DNA of 64,000 nucleotides from Sedimentisphaerales bacterium (GCA_963666285.1 OY762711.1), one strand, 5' to 3'. Counted from the stretch's first letter, positions 50,786-61,251 are shown. Notes: generated by a model from the letters alone, not told the origin. Made by a program: numbers and translations.

Positions 50786-53650
50786 ATGACTGTTATTTTA
50801 AATCGAGTAAATACGGATATAAAGGATACCTCTAAAAAATCATTTTTAGCAAAAGATCCATCTTTCGCACCAAAAGCAATTTCCAGAAGTACCCTTAAGT
50901 GTTGGATGCGTGTTTGGGTGATTGGTTTAGTTTTGGCCTGGGTTATGGCAGGAGATGTAGTGTGTGGAGCAGTGCCCGGCGGGCCGACCAATTTGCGGGT
51001 GAATGATGTTGCTGATCCTGTCGGGGTGGGCTGTGGTCCGTTTTTTGGCTGGCATGTAAATGATCCGGATATGAACGAGGTTCAGAGCGGGTACCAGATA
51101 GTGGTGAGCTCATCTGCGGCTAAGCTGGCGGCAGACGAATGGGATTTGTGGGATAGCGGTAAGGTTGGCAGTGACCGGCAGAATCATGTGGTTTACGGTG
51201 GTAAGGAGCTTGCGAGCGACAGCTGCTGCTACTGGAAGGTTCGTACGTGGGATAAGGCCGGCGGTGTCGGTGAATGGTCGAAGGCAGGCCGTTTTGTGGT
51301 GGGGCTGCTGAAGAATGAGGATTGGGCCGGTGCGAGCTGGGTGAGGCGAGAATCAGATGAGGCGGATGACTATACATACTATCGTAAGAAGGTGAGTATG
51401 CCGGGTAAGCCGGTTGAGCGGGTGACGGTGTATGTGTCCAGTGTTCATAAATACGCGTTGTATCTGAACGGTGAGCTAGTTGGTAAGGGGCCGGCGTATA
51501 ATTTTCCTCAGTATCAATATTATAATGCGTATGATATAACCACGCAGATGCGCGGGATAGGTGTTAACCAGTTTGCGATCTTTAACCACTGGTTTGGCGG
51601 CGGTCAGGGGCGTGCCAAGAGCGATCGCGGCGTGATAATGAAGGTGGTTGTGCATTTTGCGGACGGCAGCAGTATGGCTTCGGGAACGGACGGCAGCTGG
51701 CTGCAGAAGCGAGCGGAGGCTTGGGAGTTGGGTCAGGGCCATCGAAATCGAGGTGAGGGGGTAGGCTATATCGAGAAGATAGATGGCGGAAAGCTGGAGC
51801 CGGATTGGGCTGAAGTAGATTATGATGACAGTGGTTGGGGTAAGGTAACGGTGATCGGCGAGCAACCGGTAGAGCCGTGGACGGGCAGTTTGCGGCCTGA
51901 TCTGACGAGGATAGCTGAGCGAGAGATAAGTCCGGTTTCAATAATGAGTGAAGAAGATGGGATATACCTGGTTGATCTTGGCAGGGTTTATGCCGGGGTG
52001 CCGCGGATAAAGTTTAGTGGCGGTGATGCGGGTGAAGTAGTGGAGATGCTGGGTGGTTATGTACTGGATGATAATGGTCGGATCAATACGAGGGGCAACC
52101 AGAGTACTAATATGAGCTATTATGCCGTGTGCGACGGCGGTGAGTTTATATATGAACCTGTCGAGTATCTGGGTATGAGGTATTTTGAGGTTCGCAACCC
52201 GCCGATGGCGGTAACGAAAGATAATTTTTCGTTTGTGGTTCGGCATAGCGAGATGGACGAAGGTCGGAGTGAGTTTGAATCTTCAGATGATAAGCTGGAT
52301 GTGGTGTGGGATTTGATGAAGCATTCGCTGCTGACGTGTGGTCAGGAGGAGTTTGTCGATACCCCTACGCGTGAGAAGGGCGGCTTTTTGGGTGATGCCG
52401 CGATCCAGAGTACGGTTGCTATGCCGGTGATGGGTGAGCGAGTTTTGACTGAGCGGGTCTTGAAAGAGTATTTGCAGTCTATGGATCATTTCTGGTCGGA
52501 AGAATCGCTTAGGGGCGGGATGAACGCGGTGTATCCGAACAGGGACGGCCGGCGAGATATCCCAGATTTTACGCAGGCGTACCTGGTATGGGTTTGGAAT
52601 TATTATATGGAGACTGGTGATGATGCGTTTCTGGCATCGAATTATGCTAAGTTCCGGGATATAGCAGAATATGTGTATAGGTGTCGGGATGAGAATAGCG
52701 GTTTGATCGCGAACCTGGCCGGTGGTTCGGGAGCGTATAAATACGGTATAATCGATTGGCCAGCGTCGATGCGGTTTGGATATGAGATGATGGATGTGCG
52801 TACGGTTATCAACAGCTGGGCGTATGCAGATTATTTGACAGTGAGTAAGATAGCGGGTGTTTTGGGAAATGAAGCTGATGGTGAGTTGTATCGGAAACGG
52901 GCGGAAGAATTGAAGCATGCGATGAACGAGCATCTGTTGAATGATGCGGGAGTGTATGTGGATGGAATGAGCCTGGATGGAAATAAGAGCGAGCATGTTT
53001 CGCAGCATGCTAACATGATGCCGCTGGCGTTGGGTATTGTACCGGATGGCAGCCGGGAAGCAGTATTGGCAAAGGTTAAGGAAGCGGGTATAAGTGTGGG
53101 GATGGTGACGATGCCGTGGCTGATACGAGCGATCGGCGGTGCGGATGAGGGCGGCCAGTTGTTCGAGATGTATACAAACGAGCAGTGGCCAGGCTGGGCG
53201 AGATGCCTGGCGAGGGGAGCGACTAGTACATGGGAGTCGTGGTATTCTGATACGGCGGGTGAGAGTATGTCGCATGCGTGGGGAGCATCGGGGCTGGAAG
53301 GGTATGTGCGGTATATACTGGGGGTTCGGCCGCTTGAGAGCCAGTATAGGAAGGTGTTGATAAAGCCACTGGATTTTTATAAAGAGCTTGACTGGGTGAA
53401 TGGTAAGGTCGCAACGGACAGAGGTGATATCGAGGTGCTATGGCAGACACAGAATAAGGTTTTCCAGATGCAGGTTGGTATTCCGGTGAATATGACGGCC
53501 CGGATAATGATACCGAAGGGCAGGCATGGCGGCGGAGGCTCAATAATAGAGGTGGATAAAAAGAGAATCAGTTCTGTTATGGAGGACGGCTATTTTGTGA
53601 TCGATAATATCGGTTCCGGCCGACATACAATCGTTAAGAGAGATTTTTAG
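50786..53650 (+). CDS. GH78-family alpha-L-rhamnosidase-like hydrolase
   Basis: WDSGKV.S, YWKVRTWD, DTPTREK.GFLGD, GATSTWESW, SMSHAW. Confidence 0.88.
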   Translation: MTVILNRVNTDIKDTSKKSFLAKDPSFAPKAISRSTLKCWMRVWVIGLVLAWVMAGDVVCGAVPGGPTNLRVNDVADPVGVGCGPFFGWHVNDPDMNEVQSGYQIVVSSSAAKLAADEWDLWDSGKVGSDRQNHVVYGGKELASDSCCYWKVRTWDKAGGVGEWSKAGRFVVGLLKNEDWAGASWVRRESDEADDYTYYRKKVSMPGKPVERVTVYVSSVHKYALYLNGELVGKGPAYNFPQYQYYNAYDITTQMRGIGVNQFAIFNHWFGGGQGRAKSDRGVIMKVVVHFADGSSMASGTDGSWLQKRAEAWELGQGHRNRGEGVGYIEKIDGGKLEPDWAEVDYDDSGWGKVTVIGEQPVEPWTGSLRPDLTRIAEREISPVSIMSEEDGIYLVDLGRVYAGVPRIKFSGGDAGEVVEMLGGYVLDDNGRINTRGNQSTNMSYYAVCDGGEFIYEPVEYLGMRYFEVRNPPMAVTKDNFSFVVRHSEMDEGRSEFESSDDKLDVVWDLMKHSLLTCGQEEFVDTPTREKGGFLGDAAIQSTVAMPVMGERVLTERVLKEYLQSMDHFWSEESLRGGMNAVYPNRDGRRDIPDFTQAYLVWVWNYYMETGDDAFLASNYAKFRDIAEYVYRCRDENSGLIANLAGGSGAYKYGIIDWPASMRFGYEMMDVRTVINSWAYADYLTVSKIAGVLGNEADGELYRKRAEELKHAMNEHLLNDAGVYVDGMSLDGNKSEHVSQHANMMPLALGIVPDGSREAVLAKVKEAGISVGMVTMPWLIRAIGGADEGGQLFEMYTNEQWPGWARCLARGATSTWESWYSDTAGESMSHAWGASGLEGYVRYILGVRPLESQYRKVLIKPLDFYKELDWVNGKVATDRGDIEVLWQTQNKVFQMQVGIPVNMTARIMIPKGRHGGGGSIIEVDKKRISSVMEDGYFVIDNIGSGRHTIVKRDF

Positions 53651-53723
53651 GGCTCTGTGATTTATAGAATATTGTGTTGAATTTGCGAATTAGAGTACAA
53701 AAATTAGTAAAGAGGAAGTTGTT

Positions 53724-55031
53724 ATGAAAAAAAATATGTGTGTGATTATGTTGAGTTTGATGTTATTGGGCGGCAGAGGAATAGCGGGTAATTGGCCGAC
53801 CTGGCGAGGGCCGGAATGTATGGGGATTTCGCCAGATGGTGATCCACCGATAGAATGGAGTGAGACGGAGAATATCAAATGGAAGGCAGCGGTTAGAGGT
53901 GATAAGTCTGATTCAACGCCGATCGCGTGGGGTGATATGCTGATATATCAGAGCGCGGAAAAAACAGGTAAATCCGGTCCTCAAAAAGTAACATCGAAGC
54001 CGGACAGGTTCAGCGGACCGGTACCAAGAAATATCTACAAGTTTAATTTAGTCTGTGTTGACAGGCAGACCGGCAAGACAATGTGGGAGCAAACGGCAGT
54101 TGAGGCACAGCCGCATCAAGGGCATCATCCGGATCATGGATTTGCATCGTATTGCCCGGTGACAGACGGAAAGCATATCTGGGCGAACTTTGGTTCAAGG
54201 GGTGTGTATTGTTATGATATGTCAGGTGAGAAGTTGTGGGGGGTAGAGCTTTCGCAGTTAAACGCGAAATTCGGCGAGGGCGGCTCGACAGCAATTGCCG
54301 GTGATGCTTTGATAGTGGTGGCAGACAGTGCCGCAGGTAATTCATCTATCTATGCATTTGATAAGGTGACCGGAGATGTTTTATGGCATAAGGGAAGAAG
54401 TGAAAAAGAAGTGACATATGCAACGCCATTGCCAGTGAAAATTAACGGCCGGCAGCAGGTAATTGTAAATTCATGGGACAAGATCATGAGTTACGATGTT
54501 AAAACAGGTGATATAGTTTGGGAGTGCGGCGGTCCGCAGCGGAATGGCATTTATACGCCGGTAACAGATGGTGATGTTTTGTATTGCGTGACCCAGGTAA
54601 ACACACATATCATGCAGGCGATACGGTTGGACAGAACAGGTGATCTATTGGAAACAGATGCGATTTTATGGCAGAATGTGAATGCTGCTACTCCTGATAT
54701 TGCGTCCTTGCTGTTGTATAAAGACAGGTTGTACAGTTTTGCCGTATTTAACGAGGAGCTATCCTGTTATAATATTAGTACCGGCAAGCCGTATTTTGAG
54801 AAGCAGAAGCTGGCAGAGATGAAAAAGATATATGCTTCGCCGGTTGCAGCATCGGGTAGGATATATTGTACGGGCAGAAATGGAGTGACTTATGTCTTGA
54901 AGGCAGCCGAAGAGTTTGAGGTTTTGGCGATAAATAAGCTTGACGATGGTATCGACTGCTCTCCTGTAATAGTAGATAATGAATTATACCTGAAGGGTAA
55001 GAAATATATTTATTGTATAGCTGAGAATTGA
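53724..55031 (+). CDS. PQQ-like beta-propeller protein
   Basis: NWPTWRGP, P.EWS..ENIKW, repeated D..TG..LW. Confidence 0.85.
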   Translation: MKKNMCVIMLSLMLLGGRGIAGNWPTWRGPECMGISPDGDPPIEWSETENIKWKAAVRGDKSDSTPIAWGDMLIYQSAEKTGKSGPQKVTSKPDRFSGPVPRNIYKFNLVCVDRQTGKTMWEQTAVEAQPHQGHHPDHGFASYCPVTDGKHIWANFGSRGVYCYDMSGEKLWGVELSQLNAKFGEGGSTAIAGDALIVVADSAAGNSSIYAFDKVTGDVLWHKGRSEKEVTYATPLPVKINGRQQVIVNSWDKIMSYDVKTGDIVWECGGPQRNGIYTPVTDGDVLYCVTQVNTHIMQAIRLDRTGDLLETDAILWQNVNAATPDIASLLLYKDRLYSFAVFNEELSCYNISTGKPYFEKQKLAEMKKIYASPVAASGRIYCTGRNGVTYVLKAAEEFEVLAINKLDDGIDCSPVIVDNELYLKGKKYIYCIAEN

Positions 55032-55100
55032 TGTTGACATTGTAGGTATCGATTTTGAGCTAGAGCAAAAATTGATTATCTGTGTATGCCAAGTTTACAA

Positions 55101-56537
55101 TTATTTGAGCAGGTCGTAAATTTCTATGACTCTTGTCTCTTCCATGTACTTAATGAATTCGATGCCGATGGTGTACATGCCGCCGCCGTTATTGACGCAG
55201 CGAACGATTTTGCCGATGGCCTGAACTTTGTTTTCGTATTCTTCGGGCATTTCAAGGTCTATTCTCACCATTTGGTTGACATCGTAAGGTTTGTCGTTGA
55301 GGAGGGCTACTCCGCTGATAGATAAGTTGCTGCAGAACATAGATTTTGTATCTGCGAGTATCCATCTGTCTTCTTTCCTGGTAAGAGTCGTTAACCTGGC
55401 CCTGGTTCTGAAGTAGAAACGTTGGTGTCTTCTGCCAGACGGGTTAGCACCAATTTCAGGTGTAAGTCCCAGGTCGTCGAGAATAAGACCGTCGAAATAG
55501 TCGTCAGAAATCTGGGTGCCCATAATTTCTCCGTTAATAAACTGGGCGAACGAACCGGCAATATTTTTGTCAAGCTTGAGTCCGATGAACCCGCGGATTT
55601 CAGCCATTGCCTGCGAGGTAGTCATAGCGTCAGGTCTATAGGGCCGCTGTGAGGTCATAGCCTCGAACATGTCGACGATACATGCCATTTTACCATAGAT
55701 TGATATTTTTTTGCCGGCGAGACCTTTTGGGTAGCCATTGCCATCGATAGTTTCGTGATGTTCAGCGATGATGGACATGACTCTTTCCGGTAATTTAGAT
55801 AATCGTTCGATAAGCTTAACGGTTTCGCTAACATGGTTCTGGACGATTGTAAGATCCAGCTCAGATAGTTTTCCCGGATTGTTTAGGATATTTTCAGGTA
55901 TAAAACGCTTACCGAGATCGTGCAGTATGCCGCCGCAACAGCAATGAGTCAGGATTTTATTGTCATGAATCCCGATTTTCCTGGCGAATGCTACAAGTGT
56001 GACGCTCATGTTAGCAGAGTGAGCGGCGTGGTCGTAGTCGCGAATCATCGAGTCGAAAAAGAACCTGTAAATATTAGTGTGCTTGACAAAGATTGGGACA
56101 ACACTTTTGCACACTTTAATAACATCGACGAAAGTTTCCCGTTTGATATCGGTTGACATGACATGCCTGGCAAGCGATAAAAGAACCGCATAGGCGAATT
56201 CACATTGTTCGATAAGCGGCAGATCCTGAGTTGTGACTATATCTTCGATATCTCTACTGACAGCTTTAAGGAAATCGCTACTGTCAGAGATATACATATA
56301 GAGGTATCTAACCCCTTTTTTGAGCAGGAAATCCCTGTGAATTTTACCGTAGTCGATAGATTTTTCAGGATAAACCTGGAGATTGTTGTTTGTGTCGATG
56401 CAGTATAAAGCTTTCCCAGATAGCCTTGCGGGAGATACTATGGCAATGGGTACGGGCAGGTATCCACTTTTGATACTGATTCTACTTTGTGCTTCTTCTA
56501 CACCCTGCTTCTTCTCTTTTACCAGTGTATTAACCAT
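55101..56537 (-). CDS. HD-GYP phosphodiesterase with C-terminal PilZ domain, paralogue 1
   Basis: LHDLGK, HHETIDGNGYP, RPYR; PilZ RRHQR and NLSISG. Confidence 0.88.
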   Translation of the reverse strand: MVNTLVKEKKQGVEEAQSRISIKSGYLPVPIAIVSPARLSGKALYCIDTNNNLQVYPEKSIDYGKIHRDFLLKKGVRYLYMYISDSSDFLKAVSRDIEDIVTTQDLPLIEQCEFAYAVLLSLARHVMSTDIKRETFVDVIKVCKSVVPIFVKHTNIYRFFFDSMIRDYDHAAHSANMSVTLVAFARKIGIHDNKILTHCCCGGILHDLGKRFIPENILNNPGKLSELDLTIVQNHVSETVKLIERLSKLPERVMSIIAEHHETIDGNGYPKGLAGKKISIYGKMACIVDMFEAMTSQRPYRPDAMTTSQAMAEIRGFIGLKLDKNIAGSFAQFINGEIMGTQISDDYFDGLILDDLGLTPEIGANPSGRRHQRFYFRTRARLTTLTRKEDRWILADTKSMFCSNLSISGVALLNDKPYDVNQMVRIDLEMPEEYENKVQAIGKIVRCVNNGGGMYTIGIEFIKYMEETRVIEIYDLLK

Positions 56538-56680
56538 GCGATTCTAAATTAGTCTGGAAATGCGGGCGCAAATATGCCGCAAGAATAAGCATGACCAGAC
56601 AATTATATCCTTTTTCAAAATTTATATTACTCAAAATGACCGATGGTTGCTTTGAGTATATTAATAACTTAACATAATAC

Positions 56681-56708
56681 TTATCGGTTTTGACAATATT
56701 TGTGTTTA
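56681..56708 (-). promoter_or_regulatory. Sigma28-like promoter
   Basis: TAAA-N16-ACCGATAA on minus strand. Confidence 0.6.
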
Positions 56709-56818
56709 GTGCAAAATTGTAATATTTTAGAGGAAGGAAGAAATAAACAGATCAAAAAGTTGTCAATCGTGCAGTGCTCTAATAGAAGTCAGATGTCAGG
56801 AAAGGTTTTCAGAGGGGA

Positions 56819-58261
56819 TTATTTCAAGAGGTTGTATATTTCCTGTACTTTTACTTCTTCCATATTTTTGAGGAATTCAACCCCGATAGTAAACATACTG
56901 CCGCTGTTGACGCATCTGACGATTTTACCGATCGCCTGAACTTTTTCCTCGTATTCTTCCGGCATTTCGAGTTCAATCCTAACCATCTGGTTTAGATCTC
57001 GTTCTTTGTCATTTATCAGAGCCAGTCCGCTGACAGACATATTACTGCAGAACATATATTGCGGGTCGGAAAGCACCCATTTGTCTTCTTTTCTGCTGAG
57101 TTTGCTGATTCTTACCTTTGCTCTGAAGTAGTATCTTTCGTGCCTACGTCCAGAAGGGTTGGCACCAATTTCTGGTGTAAGCCCCAGGTCGTCTAGAATA
57201 AGACCGTCGAAATAGTCGTCAGAGCAAGTAACATTTCTGACCTGATCGTCAATTAGCTGAGTAAAAGAACCGGCGATAGTTTTATCGACTTTCATTCCGG
57301 CGATACCACGAATTTCAGCAAGTGCAAGATCAATGGTCATTGGAGCAGGTCGATATGGCCTGGAGCTGGTCATAGCTTCAAACATATCAACGATACCAAT
57401 CATTTTTCCATAGATCGAAATTTCTTTCGCTTTAAGTTTTTTGGGATATCCTTCACCGTCAATGGTTTCGTGATGTTCGCTGATAATGCTCATGACCCTG
57501 GAAGGCAGTTTTGAATATTTATCAATAGCTTTGATACCTTCAATAACATGATTCTGGGCGATCAGCAGATCGAAGTCAGACAGTTTTCCGGTATTATTCA
57601 GGATATCCGACGGTGTAAATCTTTTACCGATATCGTGCAGTATTCCACCGCAACAGCAATGGGTAAGTATTTTTTCGTCTTCGATACCAATTTTCCTGGC
57701 AAAAGCGGTTAACATAACACTGACATTAGCCGAATGGACGCCATTGGCGTGATCATGCAGCATGCAAGAATGGAAGTGTTTGTATGTATTGTTATATTTG
57801 ACAAAAAGCGGAATAATATTTTTACATATTTTAAGTACATCAACAAATGTGTTTCGGTTGATGTCCACTTCAATGATTCTTTTAGCCAGAGCGAGCAGAA
57901 TGGCATAGGTAAAATGACATTTATCTTCCAGCGGCAAATCCTTAGCAGTGAGAACGCCAGAAGCATCATTGATAACAGCTTTCAGGTATTCGTTGTAATT
58001 AGAGATATGTACATAGATGTATCTGACATCTTTTTTAAGCAGAAAATCTCTATGTGCCGCGGTAAAATCAGCATCTTCTTTGAGGTAGACTTGAGCCTTT
58101 GCGTTAGGGCCGGCAATGAAGATTTCAGTGCCGATGAGCTTGTTGTTAGGAAGAATGAAAAGAATCGGTATGGGAAGATATCCATCCCTTATACTGATTT
58201 TTTCCTGAGCTTTTTTGGCTTCAGGCTGCTTATTGTCTTTTTCCAGCGTATTTACCATCAT
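56819..58261 (-). CDS. HD-GYP phosphodiesterase with C-terminal PilZ domain, paralogue 2
   Basis: LHDIGK, HHETIDGEGYP, RRHER, NMSVSG; start set by alignment to paralogue (MVNTL). Confidence 0.88.
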   Translation of the reverse strand: MMVNTLEKDNKQPEAKKAQEKISIRDGYLPIPILFILPNNKLIGTEIFIAGPNAKAQVYLKEDADFTAAHRDFLLKKDVRYIYVHISNYNEYLKAVINDASGVLTAKDLPLEDKCHFTYAILLALAKRIIEVDINRNTFVDVLKICKNIIPLFVKYNNTYKHFHSCMLHDHANGVHSANVSVMLTAFARKIGIEDEKILTHCCCGGILHDIGKRFTPSDILNNTGKLSDFDLLIAQNHVIEGIKAIDKYSKLPSRVMSIISEHHETIDGEGYPKKLKAKEISIYGKMIGIVDMFEAMTSSRPYRPAPMTIDLALAEIRGIAGMKVDKTIAGSFTQLIDDQVRNVTCSDDYFDGLILDDLGLTPEIGANPSGRRHERYYFRAKVRISKLSRKEDKWVLSDPQYMFCSNMSVSGLALINDKERDLNQMVRIELEMPEEYEEKVQAIGKIVRCVNSGSMFTIGVEFLKNMEEVKVQEIYNLLK

Positions 58262-58377
58262 TATCCGGTTTTTTGATATTAATGTACCCTCAGTTATGAG
58301 GTGTACTTTATACATAATAAATCAGATTTTCACCTAGTATTTGCATATATCTGTTTGTATGTATCAGTCTTAATGGA

Positions 58378-58405
58378 ATATCGACCCAAGGTTGATTGGT
58401 ATTTA
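58378..58405 (-). promoter_or_regulatory. Sigma28-like promoter
   Basis: TAAA-N16-GTCGATAT on minus strand. Confidence 0.6.
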
Positions 58406-58634
58406 GAAGAAAACAGGCAGACCTGAGAAAATAAAGGGCCAATAACAAAATAATATATTACATAACCAGAATAACTATAGTTGTTTACAAAGTTTAGGAC
58501 AAACAACATTATGGTAAATGCTAACATTAGCTGCTTATTGGACATGTAAGCGAGCTAACCGGTTGTATCTATCCTTCCAAGAATCGGTTTTCAACCGGTG
58601 GAGAATCTGAAATATTGTATATTTTAATGAAATT

Positions 58635-58662
58635 TTGAAATGGTCTGATAATGTGCTATAAT
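58635..58662 (+). promoter_or_regulatory. Sigma70 promoter
   Basis: TTGAAA-N16-TATAAT with extended TG. Confidence 0.55.
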
Positions 58663-58720
58663 ACAGATAGTGCATGATTTTAATGCAAATCAATTATCTT
58701 AGAAAGATTTTTTAATTTCA

Positions 58721-59272
58721 ATGAAGTTGTCTATTGCCTCAGCTTTAGTAAGGCGTTATGCCATCGAAATTGCCGGTACCTATAGTGGAAGTGTGGCAAA
58801 TCCCCGTCATTTTATAGCGTCGGTCTTGTGGATGCCATTTTTTGTTAAAAAGAACAATATAGATAAAATAGTCAAATGCTCATTGGAGCTATCGATTGAT
58901 ATCAGGCATGAGTTATTGCAGATACCGGGTATGCTGACGGATAACAGGATATGTCTGAATGAGATTAATGCATTTTTGAATACAGATCTAGCGACCAAAT
59001 ATTGTCATATTAATAACCGTACAACGGTGGCTTTGAGTGTCTCGGCACGTAAAATGTTTGATATAGCAAGTGAGCAGGCAGAGTCGCTGGGTTATGACAG
59101 GATATATGTGCCTCATTTGTATTATGCCGCGGTCCGAACAGGTGGAGACCAATGGCTGAAAGTATTTGGACGTTCCATAAAGCCTAATCCGTCAGTAGTT
59201 GACCGTCTTTATGACCTTATGGCAGCAGGCGGAAACAGTGGAGTTGGCGAGCTGCCGGTAAAGGTTAAGTAA
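58721..59272 (+). CDS. Stand-alone Clp N-terminal repeat domain protein
   Basis: LSVSARKMFDIASEQAESLGYDRIYVPHL resembles a Clp_N repeat; weaker first repeat at the N-terminus. Confidence 0.6.
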   Translation: MKLSIASALVRRYAIEIAGTYSGSVANPRHFIASVLWMPFFVKKNNIDKIVKCSLELSIDIRHELLQIPGMLTDNRICLNEINAFLNTDLATKYCHINNRTTVALSVSARKMFDIASEQAESLGYDRIYVPHLYYAAVRTGGDQWLKVFGRSIKPNPSVVDRLYDLMAAGGNSGVGELPVKVK

Positions 59273-59575
59273 GAAAGTTCTTATAAGTTCAGTTATGGAA
59301 CGTTTTGGTTGGATTCATTAATTTTGACTAAATTTTTTGCATGATTTTTAAGTTATGGTAGGTTATCATTAGTCATCGTCTTAAGGCAACTTCTGAAAAT
59401 TCATTTTGCTCGACAAGTTTTTCTTTTGCCTGCTGACATGCGTCACATAAACCAGTGAATATAGTTCAATATGCACGATTTAATATTCCTTGACAGCAAC
59501 CAAAATCTTAAACTATCGCATCAAAAGCAATTTTCAGAGGTCACCATAATTTAATAACGAAACAGGAGAGATTTC

Positions 59576-60982
59576 ATGTCAGCAGAACTATCACGAAGGA
59601 ATTTTATAACATCAGTCAGTATGCTAGCAGCCGGAACAATGTTGAGTTCGCAATTGAAAGGAGTTATGCCGGACGGCCGTAAGATGAAGGTAGTGCTGGT
59701 TGGAACCGGCGTTCGCGGCATAAGTTTCTGGGGTAAGAGGCTGGTAGATGAGTATTCGGATATCCTGGAGTTTGTTGGGTTGTGTGATATAAACCCGGGG
59801 CGACTTGAATTTGGAAAGAAATATATTGGAGCAGACTGTCCAACATTTCTGAATTTTGAGGAGATGGTGAAGACTACCAAGCCGGATCTTGTGATAGTGA
59901 CAACAATGGATTCTACCCATGATGAGTTTATAATAAAGTCGCTGGATATGGGAGTTGATGTATTAACGGAAAAGCCGTTGACAACAGATGAGACAAAATG
60001 CCAGGCGATTTTGGACGCAGAACGCCGTTCCAAGAATAAGGTGATCGTTGGATTTAACTATCGCTGGAGTCCGTATATGACCCGTATAAAGCAGCTATTA
60101 GCAGAAGACGCGATAGGTGATGTAGTATCAGTAGATTTCAACTGGATATTGAACACCTATCATGGCGCCTCATATTTCCGCAGATGGCATGGCTTACGTC
60201 AATGCAGCGGTTCGCTCTGGATTCATAAAGCGACACATCATTTTGACCTGGTGAACTGGTGGCTGGACAGTGACCCTGAAGAGGTATTTGCTTACGGCGA
60301 CCTTGAACATTACGGCGAGAACGGACCGTATCGCGGCAGTTCATGCCGGGCATGTGACCATAAGAAAGAATGTAAATTCTACTGGGATATAACCAGGGAC
60401 AAGCATTCGATGAATTTATATGTCAATAACGAACAATATGACGGATATATCCGTGATAACTGCCTGTTCAGGCCAGAGGTTAATATTTATGATAAGATGT
60501 CAGCCCAGGTAAAATATGCCAATAATGTTGTGCTGAACTATTCGCTGACAACCTATTCACCGTATGAAGGTTGGAAGATAGCGTTTAACGGCAAGAAAGG
60601 CCGCCTGGAGGCGTGGCTGGATATTCCGTTTATGAGCGGAAAAGACCTTGTGAGCCAGGAAGATATGCACAAAATGGAGATGAGCCAGGGAGCCGGTAAG
60701 GAAATGACATATAAGCCAATGATCGTGCATAAGCTGTGGGATAAATATAAGACCGATATGGTAGGATTTGAACGGGGCGGTCATGGCGGCGGCGACAGTC
60801 GTTTGCATAACAAGATATTCCGTGACCCGTCAGCCCCAGATCCATATAAGCATGCGGCCGGGACACGGGATGGCGCTATGTCAATTCTGATCGGTATAGC
60901 AGCGAGAAAGAGTATAGAGTCTGGCAGGCCGATAAGGATAGCCGAGCTAACCGACCTTGAGCCGAGAGCGAAACGGATATAA
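59576..60982 (+). CDS. Gfo/Idh/MocA oxidoreductase with Tat signal
   Basis: SRRNFI, VGTGVRG, EKP, HKATHHFD, GHGGGD. Confidence 0.9.
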   Translation: MSAELSRRNFITSVSMLAAGTMLSSQLKGVMPDGRKMKVVLVGTGVRGISFWGKRLVDEYSDILEFVGLCDINPGRLEFGKKYIGADCPTFLNFEEMVKTTKPDLVIVTTMDSTHDEFIIKSLDMGVDVLTEKPLTTDETKCQAILDAERRSKNKVIVGFNYRWSPYMTRIKQLLAEDAIGDVVSVDFNWILNTYHGASYFRRWHGLRQCSGSLWIHKATHHFDLVNWWLDSDPEEVFAYGDLEHYGENGPYRGSSCRACDHKKECKFYWDITRDKHSMNLYVNNEQYDGYIRDNCLFRPEVNIYDKMSAQVKYANNVVLNYSLTTYSPYEGWKIAFNGKKGRLEAWLDIPFMSGKDLVSQEDMHKMEMSQGAGKEMTYKPMIVHKLWDKYKTDMVGFERGGHGGGDSRLHNKIFRDPSAPDPYKHAAGTRDGAMSILIGIAARKSIESGRPIRIAELTDLEPRAKRI

Positions 60983-61128
60983 AAAAGAGTTGATGTGTCG
61001 GCCAGGCCATACAGCATGTTTGAAATCTCGGTATAGAGAAATATATTAGCGAACCCGACAATATTAAAATGTTTGTAATCGTTCACACGGTTACAGTAAT
61101 AAGATATAAGTAAAAAGAAATAAACTAT

Positions 61129-61156
61129 GGTATCGCTTATCGCGACCTATTTTAAA
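61129..61156 (+). repeat. Solo REP-like palindrome of the GGTGTCGC-N-GCGACCTRTTTT family
   Basis: GGTATCGCTTATCGCGACCTATTTTAAA. Confidence 0.7.
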
Positions 61157-61251
61157 GCTCCGCAAACACAGAGTCTGACGCAAATAACGCACCTGTGAAT
61201 GCTTACAAACGTTCTAATAAGAGCGGTAGTGCTATTGCTATCGCTCTTTTG

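Noticed and set aside
52283..53275. 330-aa antisense ORF, and similar shadows such as 7999..8721 and 57734..58276
   Set aside because: Fully overlap well-supported genes on the opposite strand and have no recognisable motifs
55440..57225. Diversity-generating retroelement TR/VR pair from near-identical stretches in the HD-GYP genes
   Set aside because: Both stretches are coding paralogue sequence with synonymous, non-adenine-specific differences; no reverse transcriptase
58558..58599. Inverted repeat ACCGGTTG-N26-CAACCGGT
   Set aside because: Single occurrence and short; no function can be supported
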